Origin: Eubacteriales bacterium
Lineage (GTDB): Bacteria > Bacillota > Clostridia > Oscillospirales > CAG-272
NCBI GenBank assembly: GCA_045649045.1
Contig: JAZRPF010000010.1
Location: 1 to 61,260, forward strand
Reading direction: 5' to 3'
DNA: 61,260 nucleotides
The first letter of the stretch is position 1; each line of letters starts with the position of its first letter. Both the position numbers and the translations under genes were made by a program. The notes beneath the pieces are model-generated. The model made no database searches, was not told the origin of the DNA, and saw only the letters and a list, made by a program, of their open reading frames with translations. Positions 9,818 through 18,597 of this stretch are shown here, in pieces.

Positions 9818-10832
9818 CTGGGAACGAACAGGCTCGAGCGATACATATTTCGGGCACTATATTTCAAGAAGTCTCAGTCCGGCAAAATACAGACACAGAA
9901 CCCCTTATTATGCCGACATTATATCGAAAAATAAAATAGCTTTTCATAAAACATCACAAGAAGAATACGATAAAGAATTGCAATATGCTATTGATGCAGG
10001 AATTGATTATTTTGCATACACCTGGAACAGCGAAGAAAAAGAAAATCGCGCAGATTTACCGGATGCAACCAAAGAAGAAAAAGAAAACTATTTGAAAGAA
10101 GAAGAAAATTCAAAAAGAAAACTTCACACAAGAAGTGTTTTAAAGAAAAAAATAAAATTATGTGCAATACTTCTATGTATGCACAACTTCAGTGATAATG
10201 ATATGGAAAAGCTTTTGGAGGAAATGAAAGAAGATTACTATGAAAAAATAGATGGCAGACCATTGGTATATCTCTTTGGCGGATACAGATTGGATTTTAT
10301 TAAAAGGTTGCAAACAAAAGCAGAAGAAAAAGGGGTATCAAAACCATATATTTCTTTTTTTGATAATGGTGCAATAAGCGAAAACGGAGATTATTCCTTA
10401 GCAGATGCGGTAAGTTCTTATTCATTTGAATATCACAATTGCTCTTCTTATCTTGAATATTGCCAAAAACTGAATTTAAGAAACGACGAACGAAAAAAAT
10501 TCAATATAGATTTAATTCCTCTTTTTTCTCTGGGATATAATGCAAAACCAAGAATGGATAATCCCGTTCCATGGTTTGACGGCTATACCGAGGCAGGATG
10601 CACACCCCTTCCCACAATTCAGGATATGGCAAATGGCGGAAATATTTTTGCAGACTGGATGGAAGAAAATAAATCATATGTGAAAAGCAGACATATTATG
10701 GTTTTTGCATGGAATGAATTTGAAGAAGGCGCGTGGATTTGCCCCACATATGATGATGATTTGAATGTTGACAGCAGCCGCGTTAAAGTTTTTTCTGAAA
10801 TGGTTAAAAATTGGAAGCAACGATTATTATAA
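9798..10832 (+). CDS. hypothetical protein, glycoside-hydrolase-like (TIM-barrel type, family uncertain)
   Basis: MRIGVVNW.., AIDAGIDYFAYTW, VFAWNEFEEGAWICPT resemble WbsX/GH99-like proteins; assignment from memory only. Confidence 0.4.
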   Translation: MRIGVVNWERTGSSDTYFGHYISRSLSPAKYRHRTPYYADIISKNKIAFHKTSQEEYDKELQYAIDAGIDYFAYTWNSEEKENRADLPDATKEEKENYLKEEENSKRKLHTRSVLKKKIKLCAILLCMHNFSDNDMEKLLEEMKEDYYEKIDGRPLVYLFGGYRLDFIKRLQTKAEEKGVSKPYISFFDNGAISENGDYSLADAVSSYSFEYHNCSSYLEYCQKLNLRNDERKKFNIDLIPLFSLGYNAKPRMDNPVPWFDGYTEAGCTPLPTIQDMANGGNIFADWMEENKSYVKSRHIMVFAWNEFEEGAWICPTYDDDLNVDSSRVKVFSEMVKNWKQRLL

Positions 10833-10851
10833 AATATGGAGGACAGTTAAT

Positions 10852-11110
10852 ATGTCGGGGAAAATTCACGATCCGAATCTACTTAAAAGTTTTAAGGAAA
10901 CAACAGAAACAGACTGGTATGAGGTGACAGCTGAAAACTTTGATATTCACGGATTGATTAAAGATAAAGAAGGAAGCTTATCCTTAAGAATGCCTCTTGA
11001 TATTGCAAAAAACAGTAAGTGACGGTGTTTTTAATCAAGCAATTTATGGTGCAGGAGGAAGGATTCTTTTTTCCACAGATTCCCCCTTTATTTCAATAAA
11101 AGCCGAGTAG
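10852..11110 (+). pseudogene. decayed ORF (frameshifted 5' fragment, possibly SGNH/GDSL-hydrolase N-terminal domain)
   Basis: good RBS plus ATG 10852; frame stops at 11022 just after an A6 run (11007..11012), but the +1 frame continues VSDGVFNQAIYGAGGRILFSTDSPFISIKAE to a TAG at 11108..11110; no intact continuation. Confidence 0.35.
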
Positions 11111-11565
11111 CGTAATTGCAAAGGTGATAAAATAGCTCCAAAAGAGCGTGTCTTAATAAGTGAATTTTCACGTAATTGAGGTAGTGTCCTCTTTTTCAGC
11201 ATGAACTTTTCTTTAAATTCAGATATTGAGAGCCGTACTATCAGACGTTCAAACAAGTATTTTTTGCAATATTACCTGAGCGTGCATGCTTTTCTTTTCA
11301 ACTATGTTTAGAATTGTATTTTTTAAGCTCATTGTTTTACACATATAGCATCTGTAAATTCTTCAATATAGTTTTGAACCAATGCGATTTGGTTTTATTA
11401 TTATAAAATTACCCATTTATAAGGTTATAATGGCAAAAAATATAAAATTAGGTCACTTAATCAAAGTTGTAACACAAATGTAATATTAAACACCTCCATA
11501 TTTACTCCTTTTCACTAGCAAAATTACACATGGAAAGCGCGAAATTTCCTCTGTTATAAAAATGT

Positions 11566-11591
11566 GCCCGTCTGTTTTAAAACAGACGGGC
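11566..11591 (-). terminator. terminator of the current spoIVB
   Basis: palindromic hairpin GCCCGTCTGTTTT/AAAACAGACGGGC 8 nt downstream of the spoIVB stop, T-rich on both strands. Confidence 0.65.
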
Positions 11592-11598
11592 TTTTCCA

Positions 11599-12675
11599 TT
11601 ATTTAATTTTCTCTGCTTCAGCTAACATATTCTCGATGAATATCCCATATCCTCTTGTCGGATCATTCACAAATACGTGAGTAACTGCACCTATCAGTTT
11701 CCCATTCTGGATGATGGGGCTGCCGCTCATACCTTGGACAATCCCACCTGTTGCTTCAAGAAGTGCTTTGTCAGTGACACGGATGGAAAAGCATTTTGTT
11801 TCGCGATTGGCGGGGTGAATCTTGGTAATTTCAATCTGATATTGCTTTTTTTGTCCATTTTCAAGGGTGCAGTAAATTTCAGCGGCACCGATCTTGATTT
11901 CAGATGCACGGGCGGGGGGAAGTGCCTGCTTTTCAAGGTCTTTGGGCAGGTCGCTTAAGACGCCGAAAACGCCTGTTTCACTATTAACGGTGAGTGCGCC
12001 ACGCTTTTTTAAGCCGAGTGCGCCGCGCAATTCACCGGGTGCGCCTGCGGCACCCTTTTCAATGCCTTGAATTGAAACATCGGTGACAAGACCGCGTTCA
12101 AGCGGCATAACCTCGCCTGTGTCGGGGTCGCAGATGCCGTGTCCGAGACCGCCAAAAAGACCTGTTTTGGCATCAATGAAGGTAATGGTACCGATACCTG
12201 CGGTACGGTCACGCACCCAGACTCCAAGGTGATAATTGCCGTCGCTTTCAGACAGCGCCGGGGTGACGGTCAGTGTAAATTCCTTGCCCTGCCTTTTCAG
12301 CGTTAAGCTAAGCGGCTTTCCACCTGAATTTTTTACCGCGCTTGTGAGGTCACCCACATGGTGAATTTCCTTGCCGTCGATACGCGTAATCAAATCCCCT
12401 TTGGCAATACCGCCTTCTTCTGCCGGCTTTGCGTGCTTGCCGTCATGCACGACCTCTCCCAGATTGACGACCATGACGCCGGGCATAAACATCCGAATCC
12501 CAAAGACATCACCGCCCGGACAAAGACGCATATCCGAAAAAGCGTCCTTCTTTTCTTGTTTGACGGTTGCCACATCGGGAGCGTCGGCGGATACCTTCAG
12601 AGAGATGAAGGGGAGACTTATCGCCGCCATGAGCAGTGATAAGCATAAAAGACGATTTCCGATTTTTTTAATCAT
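11599..12675 (-). CDS. spoIVB: SpoIVB peptidase (S55 family sporulation signalling protease)
   Basis: 358 aa; signal/anchor, PDZ-like region, catalytic-Ser motif [21 protein letters not shown]; last ~35 codons are AT-rich like the adjacent islet. Confidence 0.85.
   Translation of the reverse strand: MIKKIGNRLLCLSLLMAAISLPFISLKVSADAPDVATVKQEKKDAFSDMRLCPGGDVFGIRMFMPGVMVVNLGEVVHDGKHAKPAEEGGIAKGDLITRIDGKEIHHVGDLTSAVKNSGGKPLSLTLKRQGKEFTLTVTPALSESDGNYHLGVWVRDRTAGIGTITFIDAKTGLFGGLGHGICDPDTGEVMPLERGLVTDVSIQGIEKGAAGAPGELRGALGLKKRGALTVNSETGVFGVLSDLPKDLEKQALPPARASEIKIGAAEIYCTLENGQKKQYQIEITKIHPANRETKCFSIRVTDKALLEATGGIVQGMSGSPIIQNGKLIGAVTHVFVNDPTRGYGIFIENMLAEAEKIK
11702..11729. repeat. 28-bp exact direct repeat, copy 2 (inside spoIVB)
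   Basis: identical to 8297..8324; encodes SGSPIIQNG of SpoIVB. Confidence 0.9.
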
Positions 12676-12851
12676 GACAAATTCCTATCCCGATGATAAG
12701 GATTTTACCGCACTGCGATAAAGCGCATCCTATCCTGTGGCATCCCGCAGCGCATACGGTGCGTGTTATCGAAGTACAGTATCTAATGTGTGCATGGGCG
12801 TAGGAATTATGAGTAACAATAATTGCAAGAAGTGCTATGAAAAACAAAAAA

Positions 12852-13346
12852 TCAATCGAAAAAACGAACAGCCTGCCAAGCGCAAATTAAGCGTTCAAGC
12901 GAATAGGTGGCATTTGCAGGGCTACTCGATGGCAGGGTTATCGCTTCTCGTTTGGTTTTTGGAAAAATATAGCGACGGTAGAGTGCCGCCGCCGTCTGTC
13001 CGTTTGTAAAAATTGCTTGAATTGGTGCATTTTTAAGAATGAGGGAAAGGTCATTCGGGGATACATGAGAGATGGTGCTGTCAGCACTGCCGACAATGCG
13101 GCAGGAGGCAATGACATCCCAAAGAGCAATTCGGTTTTGTAGCAAAAAAGCGCGCTTTTCTTCGACGGTGCTTGGAAGTCTTGAGTCAAAAATCGCCGCC
13201 AGAATACGCCAGAAGCGATTTTGCGGATGGCCGTAGAAGAACATTTGCTCGCGCGATTTGACCGACGGGAAGCTGCCGAGAATCAGTATTTTGGAACGCT
13301 CGTCAAAGACGGGTGCAATCGGGTGGACAACTGTTTTTTCATTCAT
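12852..13346 (-). CDS. uracil-DNA glycosylase superfamily protein (DNA-deoxyinosine/hypoxanthine glycosylase type)
   Basis: 164 aa; ILILGSFPSVKSRE..FYGHPQNRFW motif as in small UDG-family deoxyinosine glycosylases. Confidence 0.65.
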   Translation of the reverse strand: MNEKTVVHPIAPVFDERSKILILGSFPSVKSREQMFFYGHPQNRFWRILAAIFDSRLPSTVEEKRAFLLQNRIALWDVIASCRIVGSADSTISHVSPNDLSLILKNAPIQAIFTNGQTAAALYRRYIFPKTKREAITLPSSSPANATYSLERLICAWQAVRFFD

Positions 13347-13352
13347 AGTGTG

Positions 13353-15056
13353 TCACACCTCTTCTTTTTGATGTGTTTTTTCGCGTTTTTTTGCTGTTTT
13401 TGCTTGAATTTTCGCATATGCATCGGGCAAGGTCAGCGAGAGCACAAAGAGAGCGGCAATATATAAAAACAGGTTGCCAATCATGTTGTAGAGCGTGCGG
13501 TGCGTGTAAAGCGGAACCTCGGCAATGAGATAGCCTTCGGTAAGTGGCTCAAGCGTCCCGAGAAGCTCGCCCTTATTCGAAATGACCGAGGTGATGCCCG
13601 TATTGCCTGCGCGAAGAACATAGCGGCCGTTTTCCACCGCGCGCAAGACCGCTTGGGCGTGGTGATGCTCAAGCGCCACCGAGCGACCGAACCATGAGTC
13701 ATTTGTCGAAATCACAAGAACCTCTGCGCCGTCCCGTACAGACGCGCGCGCAAGTGATTCATAAATCGAGTCAAAGCAGATAAGCGAGCCAATCCGCCCG
13801 AAATTTTCCTCAAAAATCGCGGTGTCCTCACCTGCCGTCAGGTCATTCATCATGGCAAGCGTTGCCATATAAGGAAAGACGGCGTTTATAAAGGGCTTCC
13901 AAGGCAGAAATTCGCCAAAGGGGACGGGACGGCGTTTATGATAAAGCGTATCACTTCGACTGCCGTCGGCACGGAAAAGAAAGAGTGAATTATAGTCGTC
14001 CTTTTCTGCACCGCCGTTGTCAATACGGCTGAATGCGCCGACTAAATTGGCAATCCGCAGCTCTTTTGAAAGTGCCATCAGCCATTTTGTTGTGCTACTT
14101 TGCGTAGTGCCAATGTCTGTGAGCGTAGAGGGGATTGCTGTTTCTGACCAAATGACAATATCGGGGTGCATCGCCCGAGCATCTGCCTCTGCGACCAATT
14201 CGCGCAATAGCCTTTCGTAACGCTCATGTAAACTTTCATTTTCATTGTTCCACTTATCGCGCGAGGAAACATTACCTTGTAAAAGTCCGACGGTGACAGT
14301 GCTAACGGGCTTGCTTTGTATATGCCCAATGATTGAGCCGGCGAGAAAATTCAGGAGAAATACGCCGAGCGCAAGGCAAGCAGGCAAACGGCATTCAAGC
14401 AGACGGCGTCGCTTGTCCTTTCCTGCACGGCGGAAAAAGAGAAGTCCAAGTGCCAGATAGCCATTGACAAGCATGATGATGAAGGTGATGAAATAGCCGC
14501 CAAAAAGAGAGGCTGTGGCAATCAAGGCGGGGTGAGCGGCTTGTGTAATTGCCATCATACCCCACGGCACGCCCATCCATGTCAGTGTGATGAGTGCCGA
14601 GAAGACCGTCCATACAGATGCGAACAGAGGGGGTAATAAAAGCGGATGCTGCCTGACTGCTGTCAGGTTGGCGAAAATTGAGAATGTTGGATAAATAAAG
14701 CCAAAGCAGAGGGTGGCAATCAGCGCAAGACCAAGCCATGCGACACAAACAACAAGTGCCGCCCCGAGAGGAGAAAGGTCTGCAATAAAGTCAAGCGGAT
14801 ACATCGAGATAAACCAATGATAGACGCCGAGATAAAAGCCGAAGGCGAAAAAGAAGCCTCTGTAAAGATAGCAGCGGTAGCGTTTTTTTTCCGCCTCGGT
14901 TGCATCTGAAAACAGAAAGAAAAGCGCCGGGATACCTGCAATATACGCAAGCGGCGCTGACAGTGATGAAATCGGCAGGAAGGGAACTGCAAGGCAAATG
15001 CCGCAAAGAAGCGAGCACAGCCAGATGGGAAGCTTTTTCACATTGTATCCTTTCAT
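13353..15056 (-). CDS. lnt: apolipoprotein N-acyltransferase-like protein (polytopic N-terminus plus CN-hydrolase domain)
   Basis: 567 aa; multiple TM segments then nitrilase-fold domain with E (WSETAIP), K (YHKRRPVPFGEF) and C (GSLICFDSIY) in Lnt order. Confidence 0.7.
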   Translation of the reverse strand: MKGYNVKKLPIWLCSLLCGICLAVPFLPISSLSAPLAYIAGIPALFFLFSDATEAEKKRYRCYLYRGFFFAFGFYLGVYHWFISMYPLDFIADLSPLGAALVVCVAWLGLALIATLCFGFIYPTFSIFANLTAVRQHPLLLPPLFASVWTVFSALITLTWMGVPWGMMAITQAAHPALIATASLFGGYFITFIIMLVNGYLALGLLFFRRAGKDKRRRLLECRLPACLALGVFLLNFLAGSIIGHIQSKPVSTVTVGLLQGNVSSRDKWNNENESLHERYERLLRELVAEADARAMHPDIVIWSETAIPSTLTDIGTTQSSTTKWLMALSKELRIANLVGAFSRIDNGGAEKDDYNSLFLFRADGSRSDTLYHKRRPVPFGEFLPWKPFINAVFPYMATLAMMNDLTAGEDTAIFEENFGRIGSLICFDSIYESLARASVRDGAEVLVISTNDSWFGRSVALEHHHAQAVLRAVENGRYVLRAGNTGITSVISNKGELLGTLEPLTEGYLIAEVPLYTHRTLYNMIGNLFLYIAALFVLSLTLPDAYAKIQAKTAKKREKTHQKEEV

Positions 15057-15068
15057 TTACATATTTTG

Positions 15069-16040
15069 TCAGGACTTGAAAAGCTCGGTAAAATAGACAT
15101 CCTCAAGCGGTATGGAAAATTCCTTGTCTGTGAGATAGGAAAGAGCGTGTCCCTTGTCCTTAAAGGAAAAGCGCAGACGGTAAGAGCAAAGAGCCTGATA
15201 CTTATAGCCAATTGCGCGGTCTGCACGGTTCACGCCGTATTTACCGTCACCGACAAGTGAATGCCCGATGTGCGCCATGTGCGCGCGAATCTGGTGCGTG
15301 CGCCCTGTCAAAAGCGCGACTTCAAGCAATGAAATGTTGCCTTTTATTTGCAATACCTTGTATTGTGTCAGAATCTTTTTTTCGTCGCGGGCGCCTGTGG
15401 GACGGTCATACACAAGGACACGGTTTTCGTCTGCAAGCTTGCGCAGGTAAGCGGTCAGGGTGGCGGATCTTGGATTTGGTGTACCGTGAACGGCACAAAG
15501 ATAGTATTTGTCAATTTCCCTTGCACGAATTTTCTCATTCATGATGCGGAGTGCCTCGGCATTCTTGGCAGCGATGACGATACCGCCTGTATTGCGGTCG
15601 ATGCGGTTGCAAAGGGCGGGCGCAAAGGCGTGCTCGGCGTAGGGGTTGTACTCGTTTTTTTGGTAGAGATAGGCTTGCAGATGTGTCAAAAGGTTATCGG
15701 TTGTCTGGTCGGCATCCTCATGCACCGAAACGCCCGGGCGTTTATTAAGGAGCAGAATATTGCTGTCCTCATAGATAATGGATAGCTTGGGACGAATTGA
15801 GGCGAGGGTGATGGTGGTAGCTTGATTATCGTTTTGGAAAAATTCATCACGCAAAAAAAGCTGAAGAGTGTCGCCCTCATGCAGAATGTCATCAGGTGTG
15901 GCACGCTTTCTGTTCAACTTGATTTTTTTTGTGCGAATGGATTTATAAAGAAGAGATGAGGGCATATTGCAAAGAGCCTTCGACAAAAACTTGTCCAGCC
16001 TTTGCCCTGCATCGTTTTTTTCTATTTGCCATTCTCTCAT
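15069..16040 (-). CDS. RluA-family 23S rRNA pseudouridine synthase with S4 domain
   Basis: S4-like QRLDKFLSK, catalytic NRIDRNTGGIV, GRTHQIRAHMAHIGH; ATG 16040 has an AAGGA RBS, ORF-track start 16076 has none. Confidence 0.85.
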   Translation of the reverse strand: MREWQIEKNDAGQRLDKFLSKALCNMPSSLLYKSIRTKKIKLNRKRATPDDILHEGDTLQLFLRDEFFQNDNQATTITLASIRPKLSIIYEDSNILLLNKRPGVSVHEDADQTTDNLLTHLQAYLYQKNEYNPYAEHAFAPALCNRIDRNTGGIVIAAKNAEALRIMNEKIRAREIDKYYLCAVHGTPNPRSATLTAYLRKLADENRVLVYDRPTGARDEKKILTQYKVLQIKGNISLLEVALLTGRTHQIRAHMAHIGHSLVGDGKYGVNRADRAIGYKYQALCSYRLRFSFKDKGHALSYLTDKEFSIPLEDVYFTELFKS

Positions 16041-16161
16041 AACTGTATCCTTTGATGTTTCAGAATATTCTATCATTATTATACTTCAAAGTATAGCCAA
16101 TTGCAAGTGCTTTCAATGAAAAGTTAAGACGGGCCTTGCCTTGCAAAACCCGTCCTCTTGT

Positions 16162-16794
16162 TTAATTGAACTTAGCCATCATCTTTCTTGCACAGTCGGC
16201 AATGACCGTGGCAGTTCCGTCCATACCAAGCAGACTGCTGTTGATAGCGAGATGATAGTTGTCATAACGCCCCCATTTGCTTCCTGTGTAGAAATTGTAG
16301 TAGGAGGCGCGACGGCGGTCGGTTTTATTGATGAGGTCAAGTGCCTGCGATTCGCTTACCTCATGCCGTTCGGCAATGCGTTTTTTTCTGTCGGCGATAT
16401 CGCCGTAGACAAATACGCTCAATCTGTGCGGACAGTCACGCAGGACATAGTCGGCACACCGACCGATGATGACACAGCTTTCTTTATCTGCCAATTTGCG
16501 AATCAGATCGGATTGCAAAACGAAAAGTCTGTCATTGATGGGCATGGTATAGCCAAAATGGTGAGCGGCGCCAAAGGCATTTGAGCCGACGGCAAGCGTA
16601 TAGAGAAGACTGTTCGCGGCAACCTCGTCCGCGCGTGCCGCAAGCTCAGGATTGATGTTTTCCGACTGGACTGACATGGTAATCAGTTCACGGTCGTATT
16701 TTGAAATGCCAAGAATGGCGGCAACTTTTTCTCCGATTTCTCTTCCGCCGCTTCCGTATTGCCGTGCGATAGTGATAACGATTTTTCCAGTCAC
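16162..16794 (-). CDS. cytidylate kinase-like family protein
   Basis: ITIARQYGSGGREIGEKVA P-loop variant typical of this family; GTG 16794 lies 6 nt after GAGGAGG, so preferred over ATG 16815. Confidence 0.7.
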   Translation of the reverse strand: MTGKIVITIARQYGSGGREIGEKVAAILGISKYDRELITMSVQSENINPELAARADEVAANSLLYTLAVGSNAFGAAHHFGYTMPINDRLFVLQSDLIRKLADKESCVIIGRCADYVLRDCPHRLSVFVYGDIADRKKRIAERHEVSESQALDLINKTDRRRASYYNFYTGSKWGRYDNYHLAINSSLLGMDGTATVIADCARKMMAKFN

Positions 16795-16985
16795 AGTAAA
16801 CCTCCTCACAATCATTTGGTAGAATTATCCAAAAAATGTTTTTTGTATTTCAATTATAGCACAAAATAGTCAAAAAGTAAAGAGTCACAGCGGAAAAATA
16901 ATGATTTTTTAAAACGACTTGATTTTTTGCGGTGCTTATGGTATCATGAAAATGGAAATTTATCAAGTGAAAGGAAAAAGGCAGT

Positions 16986-18551
16986 ATGGTAGCGGTTTGT
17001 CCCGAGCAGATTGCGAAAATTGATGCTTTTGCGAGAGATATCCTGCATATTCCCACCGCAATTCTGATGGAGCGAGCAGGTGCGGCGGTCGCAAAAGAGG
17101 TGATGCACCTTTGCAAAAAGGGTAGCAGGGTGCTTGTTTTTTGCGGAAGCGGCAATAATGGCGGTGACGGCTACGCGGCAGGTAAACTTTTGTTAGAAAA
17201 CGGATATTCCGTACACGCGGTTGATGTCTTTGGAAAAGGTCAGCGCACCGAGGAGGGCAGGGCGGCATATAAAGCCTTCTGCCAAGCCGACGGCTTTTCG
17301 TTATCTTTTGGAGTTGCAGATGCAGAAGGAAGGCTTCGTGAGTGTGATATTGTCATAGAGGCGGTATTCGGTGTCGGCGCGCGACAGGATTATCCGCAGG
17401 AGGCGGTCAAATTGCTTGCCGATTTTGCGCGTGCAAGGCAAGAAAACATACAGTCACCCTTATTCGTAGCGGTGGACTGCCCGCTCGGTACAGATGCGCT
17501 TCTTGGTACAGCACGCGACGATGCATTTGTTTTTGATGCGACCGTAGAGCTGACACTCCCAAAAATCGGGCTTCATTCTTATCCTGCCCGCCGTTATGCA
17601 GGCACCTTTTCTCTTCATAGCCTTGAATTGCCCATAGATGTTATAATTGAAAACTTTAATTTACAAAACAATTTAACGGATGATGAATATGTAAAAGATA
17701 AGTTGCCGAAGCGCATATCCGAAGGACATAAGGGAAGCTTCGGTGCTCTTGGCGTTCTTTGCGGTAGTGACGCGTATCCAGGGGCGGCGCTTCTTGCCTG
17801 TGAGGGGGCAATGCGTACAGGCGTGGGAATGCTACACTATTTTGGTAGCCGCGAGGTGATGCGCCTTCTGTTGACAAGGCGTCCCGAGGCGGTTTGCCAT
17901 CCGATGCCTCCGATTGCCGATATGACGGCAGAGGATGCAGTCGCGTTTGTTACACAGGCACCCGAAATGTCGGCTTGGCTGATTGGGTGCGGATGTGGCA
18001 GAAGTGAAGGGCTTGCACATCTCTTACGAGCCTTCCTTACAACCGAAGGCGCACCGCTTATACTGGACGCAGATGCCTTGAACACACTTGCTGATTCTGC
18101 TTACAGCCTGATGCCTTTACTTGCTAAATGTAAACGATTAGTTGCATTGACACCGCATCCGCTTGAGTTTTCACGGCTTTTTGCCCATCAGGTGTCAGAG
18201 GTGCAGGCGAATCGGCTGGGGATGGCGAGGGAAGCATCATGCTTGCACGGCGTGACGCTTTTGCTGAAGGGAAGCGGTACGGTGATTTCGTCGCCAAGCG
18301 GGCAAGTGACAGTGAATACAAGCGGTAACACGGCACTTGCGAAGGGTGGTAGCGGTGATGTGCTGGCAGGGGTGATTGCCGGTTTTGCCGCACAGGGAGC
18401 TGCACTTGACGATGCCTGTGAGCTTGGTGCTTATTTGCACGGGCTTGCAGGGGAGCGCTTGTCGGCAGAGCTTGGAGAGGCAGGTGTATTGCCCTCTGAT
18501 TTACCAATTGTCATTGCAAAAGAGATGAAGCGCTTAAGCCAAATGAACTGA
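16986..18551 (+). CDS. nnr: bifunctional NAD(P)H-hydrate repair enzyme (epimerase/ADP-dependent dehydratase)
   Basis: 521 aa; YjeF_N part (CGSGNNGGDGY) fused to carbohydrate-kinase part (GGSGDVLAGVIAG). Confidence 0.85.
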   Translation: MVAVCPEQIAKIDAFARDILHIPTAILMERAGAAVAKEVMHLCKKGSRVLVFCGSGNNGGDGYAAGKLLLENGYSVHAVDVFGKGQRTEEGRAAYKAFCQADGFSLSFGVADAEGRLRECDIVIEAVFGVGARQDYPQEAVKLLADFARARQENIQSPLFVAVDCPLGTDALLGTARDDAFVFDATVELTLPKIGLHSYPARRYAGTFSLHSLELPIDVIIENFNLQNNLTDDEYVKDKLPKRISEGHKGSFGALGVLCGSDAYPGAALLACEGAMRTGVGMLHYFGSREVMRLLLTRRPEAVCHPMPPIADMTAEDAVAFVTQAPEMSAWLIGCGCGRSEGLAHLLRAFLTTEGAPLILDADALNTLADSAYSLMPLLAKCKRLVALTPHPLEFSRLFAHQVSEVQANRLGMAREASCLHGVTLLLKGSGTVISSPSGQVTVNTSGNTALAKGGSGDVLAGVIAGFAAQGAALDDACELGAYLHGLAGERLSAELGEAGVLPSDLPIVIAKEMKRLSQMN

Positions 18552-18556
18552 AAACA

Positions 18557-18594
18557 AGCAAAAGAGGCAGTCAAAAAGACTGCCTCTTTTGCTT
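18557..18594. terminator. bidirectional terminator between nnr and polA
   Basis: AAGCAAAAGAGGCAGTC-loop-GACTGCCTCTTTTGCTT. Confidence 0.7.
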
Positions 18595-18597
18595 GTT

